Source of the DNA: Chloroflexota bacterium
GTDB taxonomy: Bacteria; Vulcanimicrobiota; JAMCWD01
Length of the DNA stretch: 64,000 nucleotides
Direction of reading: 5' to 3'
Assembly (NCBI GenBank): GCA_023475345.1
Contig: JAMCWD010000070.1
Coordinates: 360-64,359, forward strand
The translations under genes were made by a program, and so were the position numbers. The notes below the pieces were generated by a model. That model ran no database searches and was not told the DNA's origin. It saw only the letters and a program-made list of their open reading frames with translations. Shown piece after piece: positions 55,094-64,000 of this stretch (positions are counted from its first letter, which is position 1; the number at the start of each line of letters is the position of its first letter).

Positions 55094-56299
55094 CTAACCG
55101 GCATAAAACATGGGAAAAGCCGCATAAAACTTTGCCGCACGGATCAACTGCTCTTCTTCAACCTGCTCGTCGGAAGTATGCGCGTACTTCTCAACTCCCG
55201 GCCCGAAGCCGAGAGTCGGTATCCCGGCGGCGCCCGATGTATAAACGCCGTCCGTTGAAAACACCCACGTGCTTACGGTTCCTTCCCTGCCGAAAAGCTG
55301 TTCGTATGTTTTTTTGCCCGCACGAAGAAGCCGCGAGTCTTCATCCAGGAGCCAGGGACGGAAAGCTTTCGGCATTTTCAAATGGTAGCCCCGGTAGCTT
55401 TCCTGGTCGGTATGTTCGACTTCGAATTTGATCCCGCCGCCGATTTTTTTCTCCAGTTCTTCGATGGCCGAACCGGGAGTTTCTCCGAGCGTCAGCCTCC
55501 GGTCGATCCAGCCGGTGGCGGAATCCGGGATCGTGTTCAAAGATCCCGATGAGGAAATACAACGGGTAAAAGCGATGGAGCCGTGGCCGAGGACGGGATC
55601 AAAGCCCAACTGTTTTTTATCTTCCATCTCTTTTACTTTAATTATGGCGGGCGCAAGCCGGTACAGGGCGTTGTCGCCTTTTTCCGGCATGCTGCCGTGA
55701 CAGGACCGGCCCTGTGCCGAAAGCCGGATCTCAACCCTCCCGCGCTGTCCCCGTTTCAATTCGAGGTTTGAAGGCTCAGCGAGGAGCACGGCGTCTATCC
55801 TTCCGTCTTCCATGCCGGGGATGAAGCCTTGCCTGTGGGCCTCCCCTATCGACGCCCCTTCTCCTTCCTCCTCCTGGACGACCGCCGCGACGACAAGGGT
55901 GTAGTCGCCTTCCAGGCCCAGCATCTTGATCCAGCGCCCCGCCCATACGATTGCGGCAAGGCCGGATTTCATATCGACGGCTCCGCGGCCATATATGACG
56001 CCGTCCTTACGCTTCCCCTGGAAAGGATCGAATTCCCATGAGGCCGGGTCGCCGATGCCAACCGTGTCCATGTGAGCATCGTACAATATCCTGTTCTTAC
56101 CGGTTCCTATCCTGCCGAAAACGTTTCCTATCTGGTCAACGATAACCTCGTCATAGCCCGCAGCCGTCATCGTCTTCTCGACAAACTCCGCTACTTTTTC
56201 TTCGTGACAACTGTAGCTTTTGAGCGAGATCAGGCGCCGGAGGAATCTAATCAGTTCTTCTCTTTCCTGCCCGGCAAGTTCCTCAAGCTTTTTGATCAT
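55094..56299 (-). CDS. ygeY: YgeY-family M20 peptidase/hydrolase (selenium-metabolism-linked)
   Basis: MIKKLEELAG...LRRLISLKSYSCHEEKVAEF...DQIGNVFGRIG parallels the E. coli YgeY N-terminus. M20 metal ligands are present. The start is set at the ATG at 56299, after an RBS. Confidence 0.7.
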   Translation of the reverse strand: MIKKLEELAGQEREELIRFLRRLISLKSYSCHEEKVAEFVEKTMTAAGYDEVIVDQIGNVFGRIGTGKNRILYDAHMDTVGIGDPASWEFDPFQGKRKDGVIYGRGAVDMKSGLAAIVWAGRWIKMLGLEGDYTLVVAAVVQEEEGEGASIGEAHRQGFIPGMEDGRIDAVLLAEPSNLELKRGQRGRVEIRLSAQGRSCHGSMPEKGDNALYRLAPAIIKVKEMEDKKQLGFDPVLGHGSIAFTRCISSSGSLNTIPDSATGWIDRRLTLGETPGSAIEELEKKIGGGIKFEVEHTDQESYRGYHLKMPKAFRPWLLDEDSRLLRAGKKTYEQLFGREGTVSTWVFSTDGVYTSGAAGIPTLGFGPGVEKYAHTSDEQVEEEQLIRAAKFYAAFPMFYAG

Positions 56300-56331
56300 T
56301 TTTATCTCCCCTGCCTGATTGCCTGTGGTCT

Positions 56332-57672
56332 TTAAAAGCGATCCCACATTTTCGGCGCAAGCTCGCGGGCCCTTGCCATGACTCGCTCTTCGTCAACTCC
56401 CAGGATCCTGCCTTCCCGCATGACTACCTTCCCGCCGATGATTGTCGTGCTTACGGGGGTCTGGGGGAAGCCGAACAGGCAGTGTCCCAGGAACGTGTTC
56501 CCGCTGAAAGGAGTCGGCGGGTCATAATCCAGGACTATCATGTCGGCGAATGCGCCTTCTTTGATGACGCCCAGCGGCTTGTTGAAGAACTTTCCCGCGA
56601 TGGCGGGGTTGTTCTGGAAATAGGTCTGGAAGATCTGCGGGAACGTGAACGTCCTCGGGTCTTTCGAAAGCAGCCTGTGCGGGAGCGGCATGACAGCAAG
56701 CTCCCTGAACATGTCCGATGTGAAGCCGTCGGTTCCCAGCCCCACCGTTATCTCCTTTTCAAGGAACTTCGGCACGCGGGCACAACCGACCCCGTTATTC
56801 ATATTCGATTCCGGGTTGTGGACGACAAGGACATTGTGGCCCTTGATTATATCTTCTTCCTCTTCGTTTATGTGAATACAATGGATCGCCATGAACCCGC
56901 CGTCCAGCGCGCCGCTTTTCTCAAACCTCTTCATAATGGGCATGCCGTATTTTTTCATGGAGTCTTCTTCGTCGGCCCTGTCTTCGGCGACGTGGCAGTG
57001 GAAAAAGGAGCCGTATTTCTTAACCACCTCGATGGATTTCCGGAGGGTTTCGTCTCCTATTGTAAATGCGGCATGGAGGCCGAAGGCGGCGGCTCTCAGG
57101 TCGTCGGGCTGTTCCTTGCAGAGTTTTATGAAGCGCTCGTTTTCCTCGATGCCTTCGTCTGCGATTTCCTGTCCCCAGCGGTCGGATGTCTCGTAGCAGA
57201 GGCAGTGCCGGACGCCGAGTTCCACTGCGGCCTTCGAGAGTTCGTCAAGGCTTCCCGGGATCTTGTGCTGGCTTGCGTGGTGGTCGATGATTGTCGTCGT
57301 GCCGCGGCGTATGCCTTCGATGAGCGGGATGAGCGCGCTGATGTAAATGTCTTCCATTGAAAGCGCGTTATCCAGCCTCCACCACAGGCGTTCCAGGATC
57401 TGGACGAAATTTTCGGGAGCTTCGTCTTTTATCCCCATCCCGCGGGCGAACGTGCTGTAAAGGTGATGGTGGACATTGATCATCCCCGGCATCAAAACCC
57501 TGCCTTCCAGGTCCATGTAATGCGCCCCCGGATACTCCCGGAGAAGGTCTCCGGTTGATCCGACCTTTTTAATAACGCCGTTTTCGCACAGCACGGCTCC
57601 TTTGTCTATGAACGTGCTTTTCTCATCCAGCGTTACCACGGTTGCGTTCCCGGCAAGAAGCTGATCAGACAT
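56332..57672 (-). CDS. ssnA: SsnA-family amidohydrolase
   Basis: MPGMINVHHHLYSTFARGM, LWWRLDNAL, TTIIDHHAS and GTDG match the SsnA pattern as I recall it. Confidence 0.75.
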   Translation of the reverse strand: MSDQLLAGNATVVTLDEKSTFIDKGAVLCENGVIKKVGSTGDLLREYPGAHYMDLEGRVLMPGMINVHHHLYSTFARGMGIKDEAPENFVQILERLWWRLDNALSMEDIYISALIPLIEGIRRGTTTIIDHHASQHKIPGSLDELSKAAVELGVRHCLCYETSDRWGQEIADEGIEENERFIKLCKEQPDDLRAAAFGLHAAFTIGDETLRKSIEVVKKYGSFFHCHVAEDRADEEDSMKKYGMPIMKRFEKSGALDGGFMAIHCIHINEEEEDIIKGHNVLVVHNPESNMNNGVGCARVPKFLEKEITVGLGTDGFTSDMFRELAVMPLPHRLLSKDPRTFTFPQIFQTYFQNNPAIAGKFFNKPLGVIKEGAFADMIVLDYDPPTPFSGNTFLGHCLFGFPQTPVSTTIIGGKVVMREGRILGVDEERVMARARELAPKMWDRF

Positions 57673-57731
57673 TTAATTTACCTCCAATAAATTTTTGTAG
57701 CGGCTCCGGGAATAAAAATCCCCGGAAGCCT

Positions 57732-58703
57732 TTAAACGGCACGGTTTGCCGCGGGTTGTTTTTTCCTTTCGAAAGTTTCCAGCACAGCTTTTTTTATAAA
57801 GCGGGAAGTCAGGCCGAACTCCTCCAGCAGTTCCTCCGGCTGGCCGGATTCTCCGAAGCGGTCTTCGATCCCTACCAGCCTCATCGGGACAGGGCAGTTC
57901 CGGACTACGACCTCGGCTATAGCTGAGCCCATCCCGCCTGCCGCCTGGTGCTCCTCGGCCGTAACTATGGCGCCGGTTTCCTTTGCGGCCTTTACGATGG
58001 CCTCTTCATCGATGGGCTTTATGGTATGAAGGTTTATTACGCGGACGGACAACCCGTTTTCCTTTTCAAGCTCTTCGGCGGCGGCAAGCGCTTCCCCGAC
58101 TTCATAGCCGCATGCTATTACCGTTATGTCGGAGCCGTCCCTGAATGTCAGGGCTTTGCCGAATTCGTAAGGCGTGTCCTCATCGGTGATGACGGGGGTT
58201 TTCTCCCTCCCGAACCTTATATATACCGGCCCCTGGATTTCCACTGCGGCAAGCGTTGCCTTCCTGGTCTCTATGGCGTCGCACGGGACTATTACGTTCA
58301 TGTTGGGCAGGACGCGCATCAGCGCGATTTCTTCAAGCGACTGGTGGGTGGCGCCGTCAGGCCCGACCGATATGCCGCCGTGCGCTCCCCCGATTTTAAC
58401 ATTGAAACAGCCGTAGCAGACGGTAGTCCTTATCTGGTCCCATGCCCTCCCGGAAACGAATACACCGTAGGTGGTAACGAAGGGGATCTTGCCTGCCTTT
58501 GCAAGCCCTGCCGCCGTCCCCATCATATCCTGCTCGGCTATGCCCATGTCGAAAAACCTGCCGGGAAATTTTTCTGCGAACCTGTTGGTCAATGTTGACT
58601 TCGACAGGTCGGCGTCCAGGACGACTATGTCGGGATTTTCCTCGCCGAGGATGAGGAGCGCCTCGGCATAGCCTTCCCTCGTTGCCTTCATCTTATTTTC
58701 CAT
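57732..58703 (-). CDS. transketolase, C-terminal (pyrimidine-binding) subunit
   Basis: The ORF is 323 aa. It has FFDMGIAEQDMMGTAAGLA and lies downstream of the N-terminal subunit gene. Confidence 0.9.
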   Translation of the reverse strand: MENKMKATREGYAEALLILGEENPDIVVLDADLSKSTLTNRFAEKFPGRFFDMGIAEQDMMGTAAGLAKAGKIPFVTTYGVFVSGRAWDQIRTTVCYGCFNVKIGGAHGGISVGPDGATHQSLEEIALMRVLPNMNVIVPCDAIETRKATLAAVEIQGPVYIRFGREKTPVITDEDTPYEFGKALTFRDGSDITVIACGYEVGEALAAAEELEKENGLSVRVINLHTIKPIDEEAIVKAAKETGAIVTAEEHQAAGGMGSAIAEVVVRNCPVPMRLVGIEDRFGESGQPEELLEEFGLTSRFIKKAVLETFERKKQPAANRAV

Positions 58704-58730
58704 CCGGAGGTCTCCTTTAAAACGTTTATA

Positions 58731-59636
58731 TTATTGCGCATCGAGTTCGCGTAAAGCCAGGGCGAGTTGTTCGGCATCGGGCGCTTTCCCGTGCCAGTCC
58801 GCCTTGTTTTCCATGAAAGACACGCCCTTCCCTTTCACCGTGCTGCAGATCAATACAGTCGGCTTCCCCCTGAACGAGCGGGCGCTTTCGAAAGCGTCCA
58901 TCAGGGCTTCGATGTCGTGGCCGTTTACCTTTATGACGTTCCAGCTGAACGCCCGGAACTTGTCGTCTAGCGGCGCTATCCCCATAACGTCCTCGACGAA
59001 GCCGTCAATCTGGAGGTTGTTATAATCGACTATCGCGCAGACGTTATCGAGCTTGTAGTGGGCCGAAGTCATGACGGCCTCCCACACCTGGCCTTCCTGG
59101 AGTTCGCCGTCGCCCATAAGGCAATAAACCCGGTTCGGTTTCTCATCCATCTTCATGGCCATCGCTATGCCGTTTGCTATGGAAAGGCCCTGGCCCAGGG
59201 AGCCGCACGATATCTCGCAGCACTCCAGCTTTTTCCAGTCGGGGTGCCCCTGGAGCAGGCTTCCGAATTTTCTGAGAGTGAGGAGGTCCCCCGGCGGAAA
59301 ATATCCCGCCGCCGCATGGACCGAATACAAGAGCGGGCATGTATGACCTTTTGAAAGGATGAAGTAATCCCTGTCAGGCGAGCAGGCGTTTGCCGGGTTG
59401 ATCTTCATTTCATAAAAGAAGAGCACGGTTAAGATATCGGCGGAGCTGAGGCTCCCTCCCGGATGGCCGGAACCCGCGCCCTGGATCGCTATGAGAAGCG
59501 CCTTGCGTATCCTGCGGGCCAGTTCCTCGTACCGGGGGATCATTTTCCTTCGGATGCCCTTCGGCGCGGATAAAATCTCGCCGGAAAACGGCTTGAAATC
59601 AGGGATTTCGAAAACCTTGTCTTCTTTTACCGCCAT
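58731..59636 (-). CDS. transketolase, N-terminal (thiamine diphosphate-binding) subunit
   Basis: SGHPGGSLS, GSLGQGLS and GDGELQEGQVWEA motifs are present. Confidence 0.9.
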   Translation of the reverse strand: MAVKEDKVFEIPDFKPFSGEILSAPKGIRRKMIPRYEELARRIRKALLIAIQGAGSGHPGGSLSSADILTVLFFYEMKINPANACSPDRDYFILSKGHTCPLLYSVHAAAGYFPPGDLLTLRKFGSLLQGHPDWKKLECCEISCGSLGQGLSIANGIAMAMKMDEKPNRVYCLMGDGELQEGQVWEAVMTSAHYKLDNVCAIVDYNNLQIDGFVEDVMGIAPLDDKFRAFSWNVIKVNGHDIEALMDAFESARSFRGKPTVLICSTVKGKGVSFMENKADWHGKAPDAEQLALALRELDAQ

Positions 59637-59827
59637 AGCCGGTCTCCTTTCATACTCCTGAAAAAGGCACCGGCTTCCCTCAACCGATGCCCGCCCGTAA
59701 CAAATATTTCATTCTCCCATTTTTATTTTAATCCTTTTCCGGCAAACCATCCCGTTTCATCGCTTGCAAAAATGCCGGGGGTTGGAATACAATTATTTAT
59801 AGTCGAAAACAGGGGGCCTGGAAAATA

Positions 59828-60841
59828 ATGGATCAGGTAAAGACGAAAAAGGAAACAATAGCGATAATAGGGGCAGGGCCATCGGGCCTGGCCTGTGCTT
59901 ATTTTCTCGGCGGCATGGGATATAAAACCGAGATATTCGACGAGAACGCCGTTCCCGGTGGTCTGCCGATTTATGCCGTGCCCTCTTCCAGGATCCATAC
60001 CGACACGATAATGAATGAAGTGGAAAACCTGAAAAAGACAGGCGCTGTTTTTCATAATGGTGTAAAGGCGGGCGGAGATATCAATATAGATTCATTATTC
60101 AAGGAGGGCTTCGATGCAATATTCATCGGGGCAGGCCTGTGGAAGCCCGCCGGGCTTGATGTCCCGGGCATAAATTTGAAAGGCGTTTACGCCGCACTTG
60201 ACTTTTTAATCAGGTTCAATATTTATGACAGGAAGCTCATACCCGGCGCCGCGCCTCCTGAAGCAGGCGATAAGGTCGTGGTTATCGGGGGCGGAAACGT
60301 GGCTATAGACTCGATCCTGGCGGTGAAATCCCTCGGGGCAAAGGACGCATCGATCCTCTGCCTTGAGGCCGCAGAGGAGATGCCCTCGTATAAAAACGAG
60401 TGGGAAGAGGCTCTGGCGCTTGGAGCCGTATTTTACAACAGGGCAAGAACCCTTGAGATAACGGGCGAAAACGGCAGGGTATCCGGCGTGAAAGCCGTAA
60501 AAGTCGCGCTGAAAGAGGGAGAGAAGTTCGGCATCGATAACCTTGAGGATATCCCCGGAAGCGAATTTTTTATCGAGGCGGACACAGTTATCGAAGCAGT
60601 CGGGCAGAGGCCCGACGAGGGATTTACGTCAACCCTTACGGGCGTTGACCTGACGGAGCGGGGCCTGATCAAAACCGACGCCGAAACGCTGAAGACGAGC
60701 CGGGCCGGGGTTTTCGCAGGCGGCGACATAGCCGAAGGCCCTTCGAATATCGCCGTTGCGATTAAAGACGGGAAGAAAGCTGCATCTTCAATCGATAAAT
60801 ATCTGAAGTCTCTCAAAGCCTACGGCGTCAATATAGCCTGA
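59828..60841 (+). CDS. FAD/NAD(P)-dependent oxidoreductase, glutamate synthase small-subunit-like (no N-terminal Fe-S domain)
   Basis: Two dinucleotide-binding motifs are present: IAIIGAGPSGLACA and VVVIGGGNVAID. The C-terminal region has GVFAGGD. Confidence 0.7.
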   Translation: MDQVKTKKETIAIIGAGPSGLACAYFLGGMGYKTEIFDENAVPGGLPIYAVPSSRIHTDTIMNEVENLKKTGAVFHNGVKAGGDINIDSLFKEGFDAIFIGAGLWKPAGLDVPGINLKGVYAALDFLIRFNIYDRKLIPGAAPPEAGDKVVVIGGGNVAIDSILAVKSLGAKDASILCLEAAEEMPSYKNEWEEALALGAVFYNRARTLEITGENGRVSGVKAVKVALKEGEKFGIDNLEDIPGSEFFIEADTVIEAVGQRPDEGFTSTLTGVDLTERGLIKTDAETLKTSRAGVFAGGDIAEGPSNIAVAIKDGKKAASSIDKYLKSLKAYGVNIA

Positions 60842-60861
60842 TCGAGATCCCCCGTGCCCGG

Positions 60862-61491
60862 TTATCTGGAGATGAAGTCCCGGATGCTTTCGATGCTTAT
60901 GAATTCGTCCGCCGCATCCAGCAACTGGTCGGACGCCCTGTAATGCGCGTTCCTGAAGGCGTCCTCATGCTGGGTGCTGACCACGACGACGCGGACACCG
61001 CGCCCTGCAACAGCATTTACAAGAGGCACGAAATCACTGTCCCCGGAAACCAGGATCTGCTTTTCGCATCTATCGGAAAGCGTCAACATGTCGATGGCGA
61101 TTTCAAGATCCAGGTCGGCCTTTATCCTGACTTCCCCGTCCGCGTCCTTGAACACCCGGACAGGCTTCCTTATTACCTTGTAGCCGTTCCTGTCCAGGAA
61201 CCGGAGGAACCGGCGGTCTGCGTCCCTGGATTCTTCCAGCTCCCTTTTCCTGGTTTCGGGGTCGAACGGGCTCGTCAGCCTGATGTAGTGGCTGATGGCG
61301 GCGTCGTCCCATTCGCCGGTATAATAATAAGCTCTCAAAAGGATCGAGTTGTGCGCGAGATACTCCAGGAACTTGATGTAGTCGATCTTGATGCCGAAGG
61401 AGTCGTAAGTTGCGTACTTGAAATTCCAGCCGTCGATAAAAATAGCCAGCCTTTCCACAGGCATGATCCCGACAGGGGGTCTGTGATCCAT
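60862..61491 (-). CDS. NYN/LabA-like (PIN-related) domain protein
   Basis: LAIFIDGWNF and ILVSGDSDFVPLV motifs are present. Confidence 0.7.
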   Translation of the reverse strand: MDHRPPVGIMPVERLAIFIDGWNFKYATYDSFGIKIDYIKFLEYLAHNSILLRAYYYTGEWDDAAISHYIRLTSPFDPETRKRELEESRDADRRFLRFLDRNGYKVIRKPVRVFKDADGEVRIKADLDLEIAIDMLTLSDRCEKQILVSGDSDFVPLVNAVAGRGVRVVVVSTQHEDAFRNAHYRASDQLLDAADEFISIESIRDFISR

Positions 61492-61650
61492 GTTCCCTCC
61501 TCAATAAAATAGTTTGAAAGAATTTTTAAAAGGACTCATCACATCCAGTTTAAGAAATAAAACAGCTAAGAGCCTTTACAACGAAAGATTATCAAATAAC
61601 GGTGTCTTCGTCAAATGCCGCCTGCGGGTTAACAAATTCAAAAATTGAAC

Positions 61651-61680
61651 TTGACAGGCATAAGTTTGGCAAGTTATAAT
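61651..61680 (+). promoter_or_regulatory. sigma70 consensus promoter TTGACA-N18-TATAAT upstream of rpmH
   Basis: The hexamers are at 61651-61656 and 61675-61680, 50 nt before the rpmH start. Confidence 0.55.
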
Positions 61681-61729
61681 ATGCGGGCATTGAAAACCGG
61701 CTCAGTTCAGATTAATATGGAAGTGTAAT

Positions 61730-61864
61730 ATGAAACGCACGTATCAGCCGAAAAAGAAAGTCAGGAAAAAGGTCCACGGTTTTTTGGCCCGCAATTCATC
61801 TCCAGGCGGGAAAAAAGTCCTATCCCGGCGCCGCGCAAAGGGCAGGAAGAAATTAACTGTATAA
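61730..61864 (+). CDS. rpmH: 50S ribosomal protein L34
   Basis: This 44-aa ORF falls below the ORF-track cutoff. It translates to [44 protein letters not shown]. Confidence 0.95.
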   Translation: MKRTYQPKKKVRKKVHGFLARNSSPGGKKVLSRRRAKGRKKLTV

Positions 61865-62202
61865 AACCATTTTCCAGTCTTAAAAAACAGTGGAATTTTA
61901 TACGGGTTATCGAAGAAGGGTGCCGTATAGTTTCTCCTTATTTTGTGGTTTTCACCATGCCGGGGCTCGAACACGGTCACAGGGCCGGCATAAGGATCAG
62001 CCGTAAGCTGGGGGGAGCCGTTAAAAGAAACCGGCTGCGCAGGATTTTGAAGGAAACACTGAGAAACAATTTATCAGCAGCCGTACCGGGACAGGATATC
62101 GTTATCATAACGAGGAGCGCGTGTCTAAAACAGAGTGTAAATGTTCTGAAGCAGTCCATGATACGGATTTTGGAAGAAGAAAACCTTTTAGACCGGCAGT
62201 AA
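61861..62202 (+). CDS. rnpA: ribonuclease P protein component; the start codon is unresolved (no canonical start upstream of GTG 61945)
   Basis: The RNR motif region [15 protein letters not shown] is present. A conserved-looking N-terminus, [25 protein letters not shown], is encoded in frame from 61879. In that frame only ATT (61852) and ATA (61861, overlapping the rpmH TAA) could serve as starts. Confidence 0.7.
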   Translation: MKPFSSLKKQWNFIRVIEEGCRIVSPYFVVFTMPGLEHGHRAGIRISRKLGGAVKRNRLRRILKETLRNNLSAAVPGQDIVIITRSACLKQSVNVLKQSMIRILEEENLLDRQ

Positions 62203-62411
62203 TACCCAGAATTATTTACGGGGGGCTTATCAGGATCTACCAGGTAACTACTTCGTTTTTCCCTCCGGTCTGCCGGTTCCAGCCGACCTGCTCGGAATAT
62301 TCAAGGCAGGCGGTATTGAAACACGGGATTATGAAGGGTTTATGGTTTACCCTTTTGCGATTGGGAAGATGCCACCCGGGCCATCCGGGCGGCTACGACC
62401 CTGTGCCCTGA
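62121..62411 (+). CDS. yidD: membrane protein insertion efficiency factor YidD
   Basis: The hallmark sequence is IRIYQ...CRFQPTCSEYSRQAVLKHG...LRLGRCHPGHPGGYDPVP. The start is taken from the ORF track and overlaps the rnpA 3' end. Confidence 0.8.
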   Translation: MSKTECKCSEAVHDTDFGRRKPFRPAVIPRIIYGGLIRIYQVTTSFFPPVCRFQPTCSEYSRQAVLKHGIMKGLWFTLLRLGRCHPGHPGGYDPVP

Positions 62412-62430
62412 GAGGAGACCCGCTTTTTAA

Positions 62431-63186
62431 ATGATTGACCAAATAGCAAATGCCTTAATGTACCTGCTCAATATCATGAAGGGGCTTACGGGGAGTTATG
62501 CGTGGGCGTTGATCCTCCTGGCGGCCCTTGTCAAGCTCGTATTCTTCTCGCCGACGCAGAAACAGTTCCAGACCATGAAGGATATGCAGCTTATCCAGCC
62601 GGAGATAAAAAAACTCCAGGAACTCTACAAGGACGAGCCGGAAAAGCTTCAGAAAGAACAGCTCCTCCTCTTCAGAAAACATAAGATAAACCCGCTCGGC
62701 GGCTGTCTCCCCATGCTCATCCAGCTCCCCGTGTTATGGGCGATATTCGTGGTTATAAGGAACCATACCGCCGTATTCATGGACTCCGGGTTCCTGTGGA
62801 TCGGGAGCAACCTCTCCCACATGTACCCGAAATACCTGGCGACAAGCCTCGCCACCGCAGACATCCCGCTTCTGCTGATGTACGGCTACAGCATGTATGT
62901 TACGTCGAAGATGTCGGCCACCGACACGCAGAGCCCGTCCCAGCAGATGATGTTCACCCTGATGCTACCGATTGTTTTTACTTACATGATGTATAAATGG
63001 AATTTGCCGTGCGCCCTTGTGTTGTACTGGCTGGTGTATAACATATTGAGCATAATACACCAGAGTTACATGATGCGCAAACCGTCTCCGGTGCGCATTG
63101 TTAAATCCGAGCCCGAAGAACCCGGAGAAATCGAAGGGGCCGGAAAAAGAAAATCCAGATCTAGAAAGAGGAGGAAAGCCGAATGA
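62431..63186 (+). CDS. yidC: YidC/Oxa1-family membrane insertase (short form)
   Basis: It has KINPLGGCLPMLIQLPVLWA, five transmembrane segments and a basic C-terminal tail. Confidence 0.9.
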   Translation: MIDQIANALMYLLNIMKGLTGSYAWALILLAALVKLVFFSPTQKQFQTMKDMQLIQPEIKKLQELYKDEPEKLQKEQLLLFRKHKINPLGGCLPMLIQLPVLWAIFVVIRNHTAVFMDSGFLWIGSNLSHMYPKYLATSLATADIPLLLMYGYSMYVTSKMSATDTQSPSQQMMFTLMLPIVFTYMMYKWNLPCALVLYWLVYNILSIIHQSYMMRKPSPVRIVKSEPEEPGEIEGAGKRKSRSRKRRKAE

Positions 63187-64000
63187 AAAGCATTGAACAG
63201 ATCGGCAAAACTGTTGAAGAGGCAAAACAGCAGGCGATGGAAAAACTCGGCCTGAAAGACGAGAGCCAGATGGAGGTTGAAATACTGGACGAGGGGACCA
63301 AGGGGGTCTTCGGCTGGGGCACAAAGTATGCAAGGATCCGCGTTAAGGTGCCCGATGATATGGTTGTTGAGGATGAGGGGATAGAGGAAGAGGCAGGCTC
63401 ACCGGAAGAAGAGGTCGAATTTGACGAAGCCGGCGAGGAATATGAAGCAGATGATGAAGACGAAGAAGAAGATGATGACGAAGACGATGATGAAGAGGAA
63501 GCGGCAGAGGAGCCTGTTGACGAGGAGCCTGTCGATATCAAGGGGATAGTTTCAGAACTGCTTGCATTGATGGAGCTTAAGGCCGATGTAGAAGAGGTAA
63601 AAGAAGGAGACAGGACCCAGGACAGGGTAAATGTTTTCGGGGAAAACCTGGGCGCCCTTATAGGGAAGCACGGCCAGACGCTGGAAGCGTTCCAGTTTGT
63701 CATCAACCTTATAGTCAACAAGCAGAGGATTAACAAGAAAAAAGTAATCATAGACGTCGAAGGATACCGCGCAAGGAGAGAGCAGAGCCTCCACGACCTG
63801 GCCGTCCGGTCGGCTCAGCGCGCAAAACGGGAAAGAAGAAACGTCATCCTGGAGCCGATGGTTCCGAGCGAGAGACGGATAATACACATGGCGTTGAAAA
63901 ATGACCCCGATATTTCGACATATTCAAACGGCCAGGAGCCGCTCCGCAGAGTGGTCATAGCGTCCCGCAAAGCCGAAAGGCATGAGGGAGGAGATGTCCG
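63183..64000 (+). CDS. jag: Jag/KhpB RNA-binding protein (Jag_N, acidic linker, KH, R3H); 3' end runs off the window
   Basis: My own translation gives MKSIEQIGKTVEEAKQQAMEKLGL...GTKGVFGWG (Jag_N), GALIGKHGQTLEAFQ (KH) and LEPMVPSERRIIHMAL (R3H). The ATG overlaps the yidC stop (ATGA). Confidence 0.85.
   Translation, partial: MKSIEQIGKTVEEAKQQAMEKLGLKDESQMEVEILDEGTKGVFGWGTKYARIRVKVPDDMVVEDEGIEEEAGSPEEEVEFDEAGEEYEADDEDEEEDDDEDDDEEEAAEEPVDEEPVDIKGIVSELLALMELKADVEEVKEGDRTQDRVNVFGENLGALIGKHGQTLEAFQFVINLIVNKQRINKKKVIIDVEGYRARREQSLHDLAVRSAQRAKRERRNVILEPMVPSERRIIHMALKNDPDISTYSNGQEPLRRVVIASRKAERHEGGDV

Noticed and set aside
1-64000. I searched for a CRISPR array, meaning at least three regularly spaced 25-40-nt direct repeats, anywhere in the window.
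   Set aside because: None was found by eye. The only tandem or direct repeats are a coding 372-bp PAS duplication, a two-copy 26-bp duplication, the 31-bp att-like pair 3.3 kb apart, and low-complexity short repeats at 44138-44184. The array belonging to the cas operon, if it exists, must lie outside the window, most likely left of coordinate 1.

Overview
This is an origin-proximal chromosomal window from a mid-GC bacterium. It holds dnaA-dnaN with flanking DnaA boxes at 48.1-51.1 kb and rpmH-rnpA-yidD-yidC-jag at 61.7-64 kb. Most of the window is ordinary housekeeping or metabolism: a CopB-type P-type ATPase, an NfeD-flotillin pair, glycosyltransferases, MarR-EmrA-EmrB efflux, a GH18 chitinase, alanine racemase, PmbA/TldD, an SsnA-YgeY-YgeW-carbamate kinase cluster, a split transketolase, and nine tRNAs in four clusters. 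The standout is at the left edge (302-4422, minus strand). It is a tightly coupled operon of a compact 711-aa RuvC/zinc-ribbon type V (Cas12-like) effector, a Cas4-Cas1 fusion and Cas2. The effector is far shorter than canonical Cas12b yet carries a V-B-style adaptation module. I found no CRISPR array in the window. Directly downstream of cas2 there is a near-consensus promoter on the cas strand, followed by a GC-rich structured segment with a UUCG-capped hairpin. This is a candidate tracrRNA or array leader running off the window edge. Other accessory signals:
- A decayed IS3 transposase fragment and a PNP/MTAN-fold protein lie between the cas locus and tRNA-Gln.
- A 3.3-kb AT-rich islet with no integrase is bounded by exact 31-bp direct repeats of the tRNA-Val(TAC) 3' end. 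It carries a 520-aa protein with a C-terminal CGNR-like zinc ribbon and a polytopic membrane protein.
- An Mrr-type restriction nuclease sits next to a tRNA cluster.
- An RHH-domain fusion protein sits beside another tRNA cluster.
- A perfect 26-bp tandem duplication splits a DUF1963 gene.
- A consensus promoter, a ~150-nt leader and a terminator precede a secreted VIT-domain gene.
- A beta-carbonic anhydrase is fused to an L7/L12-like C-terminal domain.
All calls rest on reading the sequence and the ORF track and on remembered family motifs. No database search was run.
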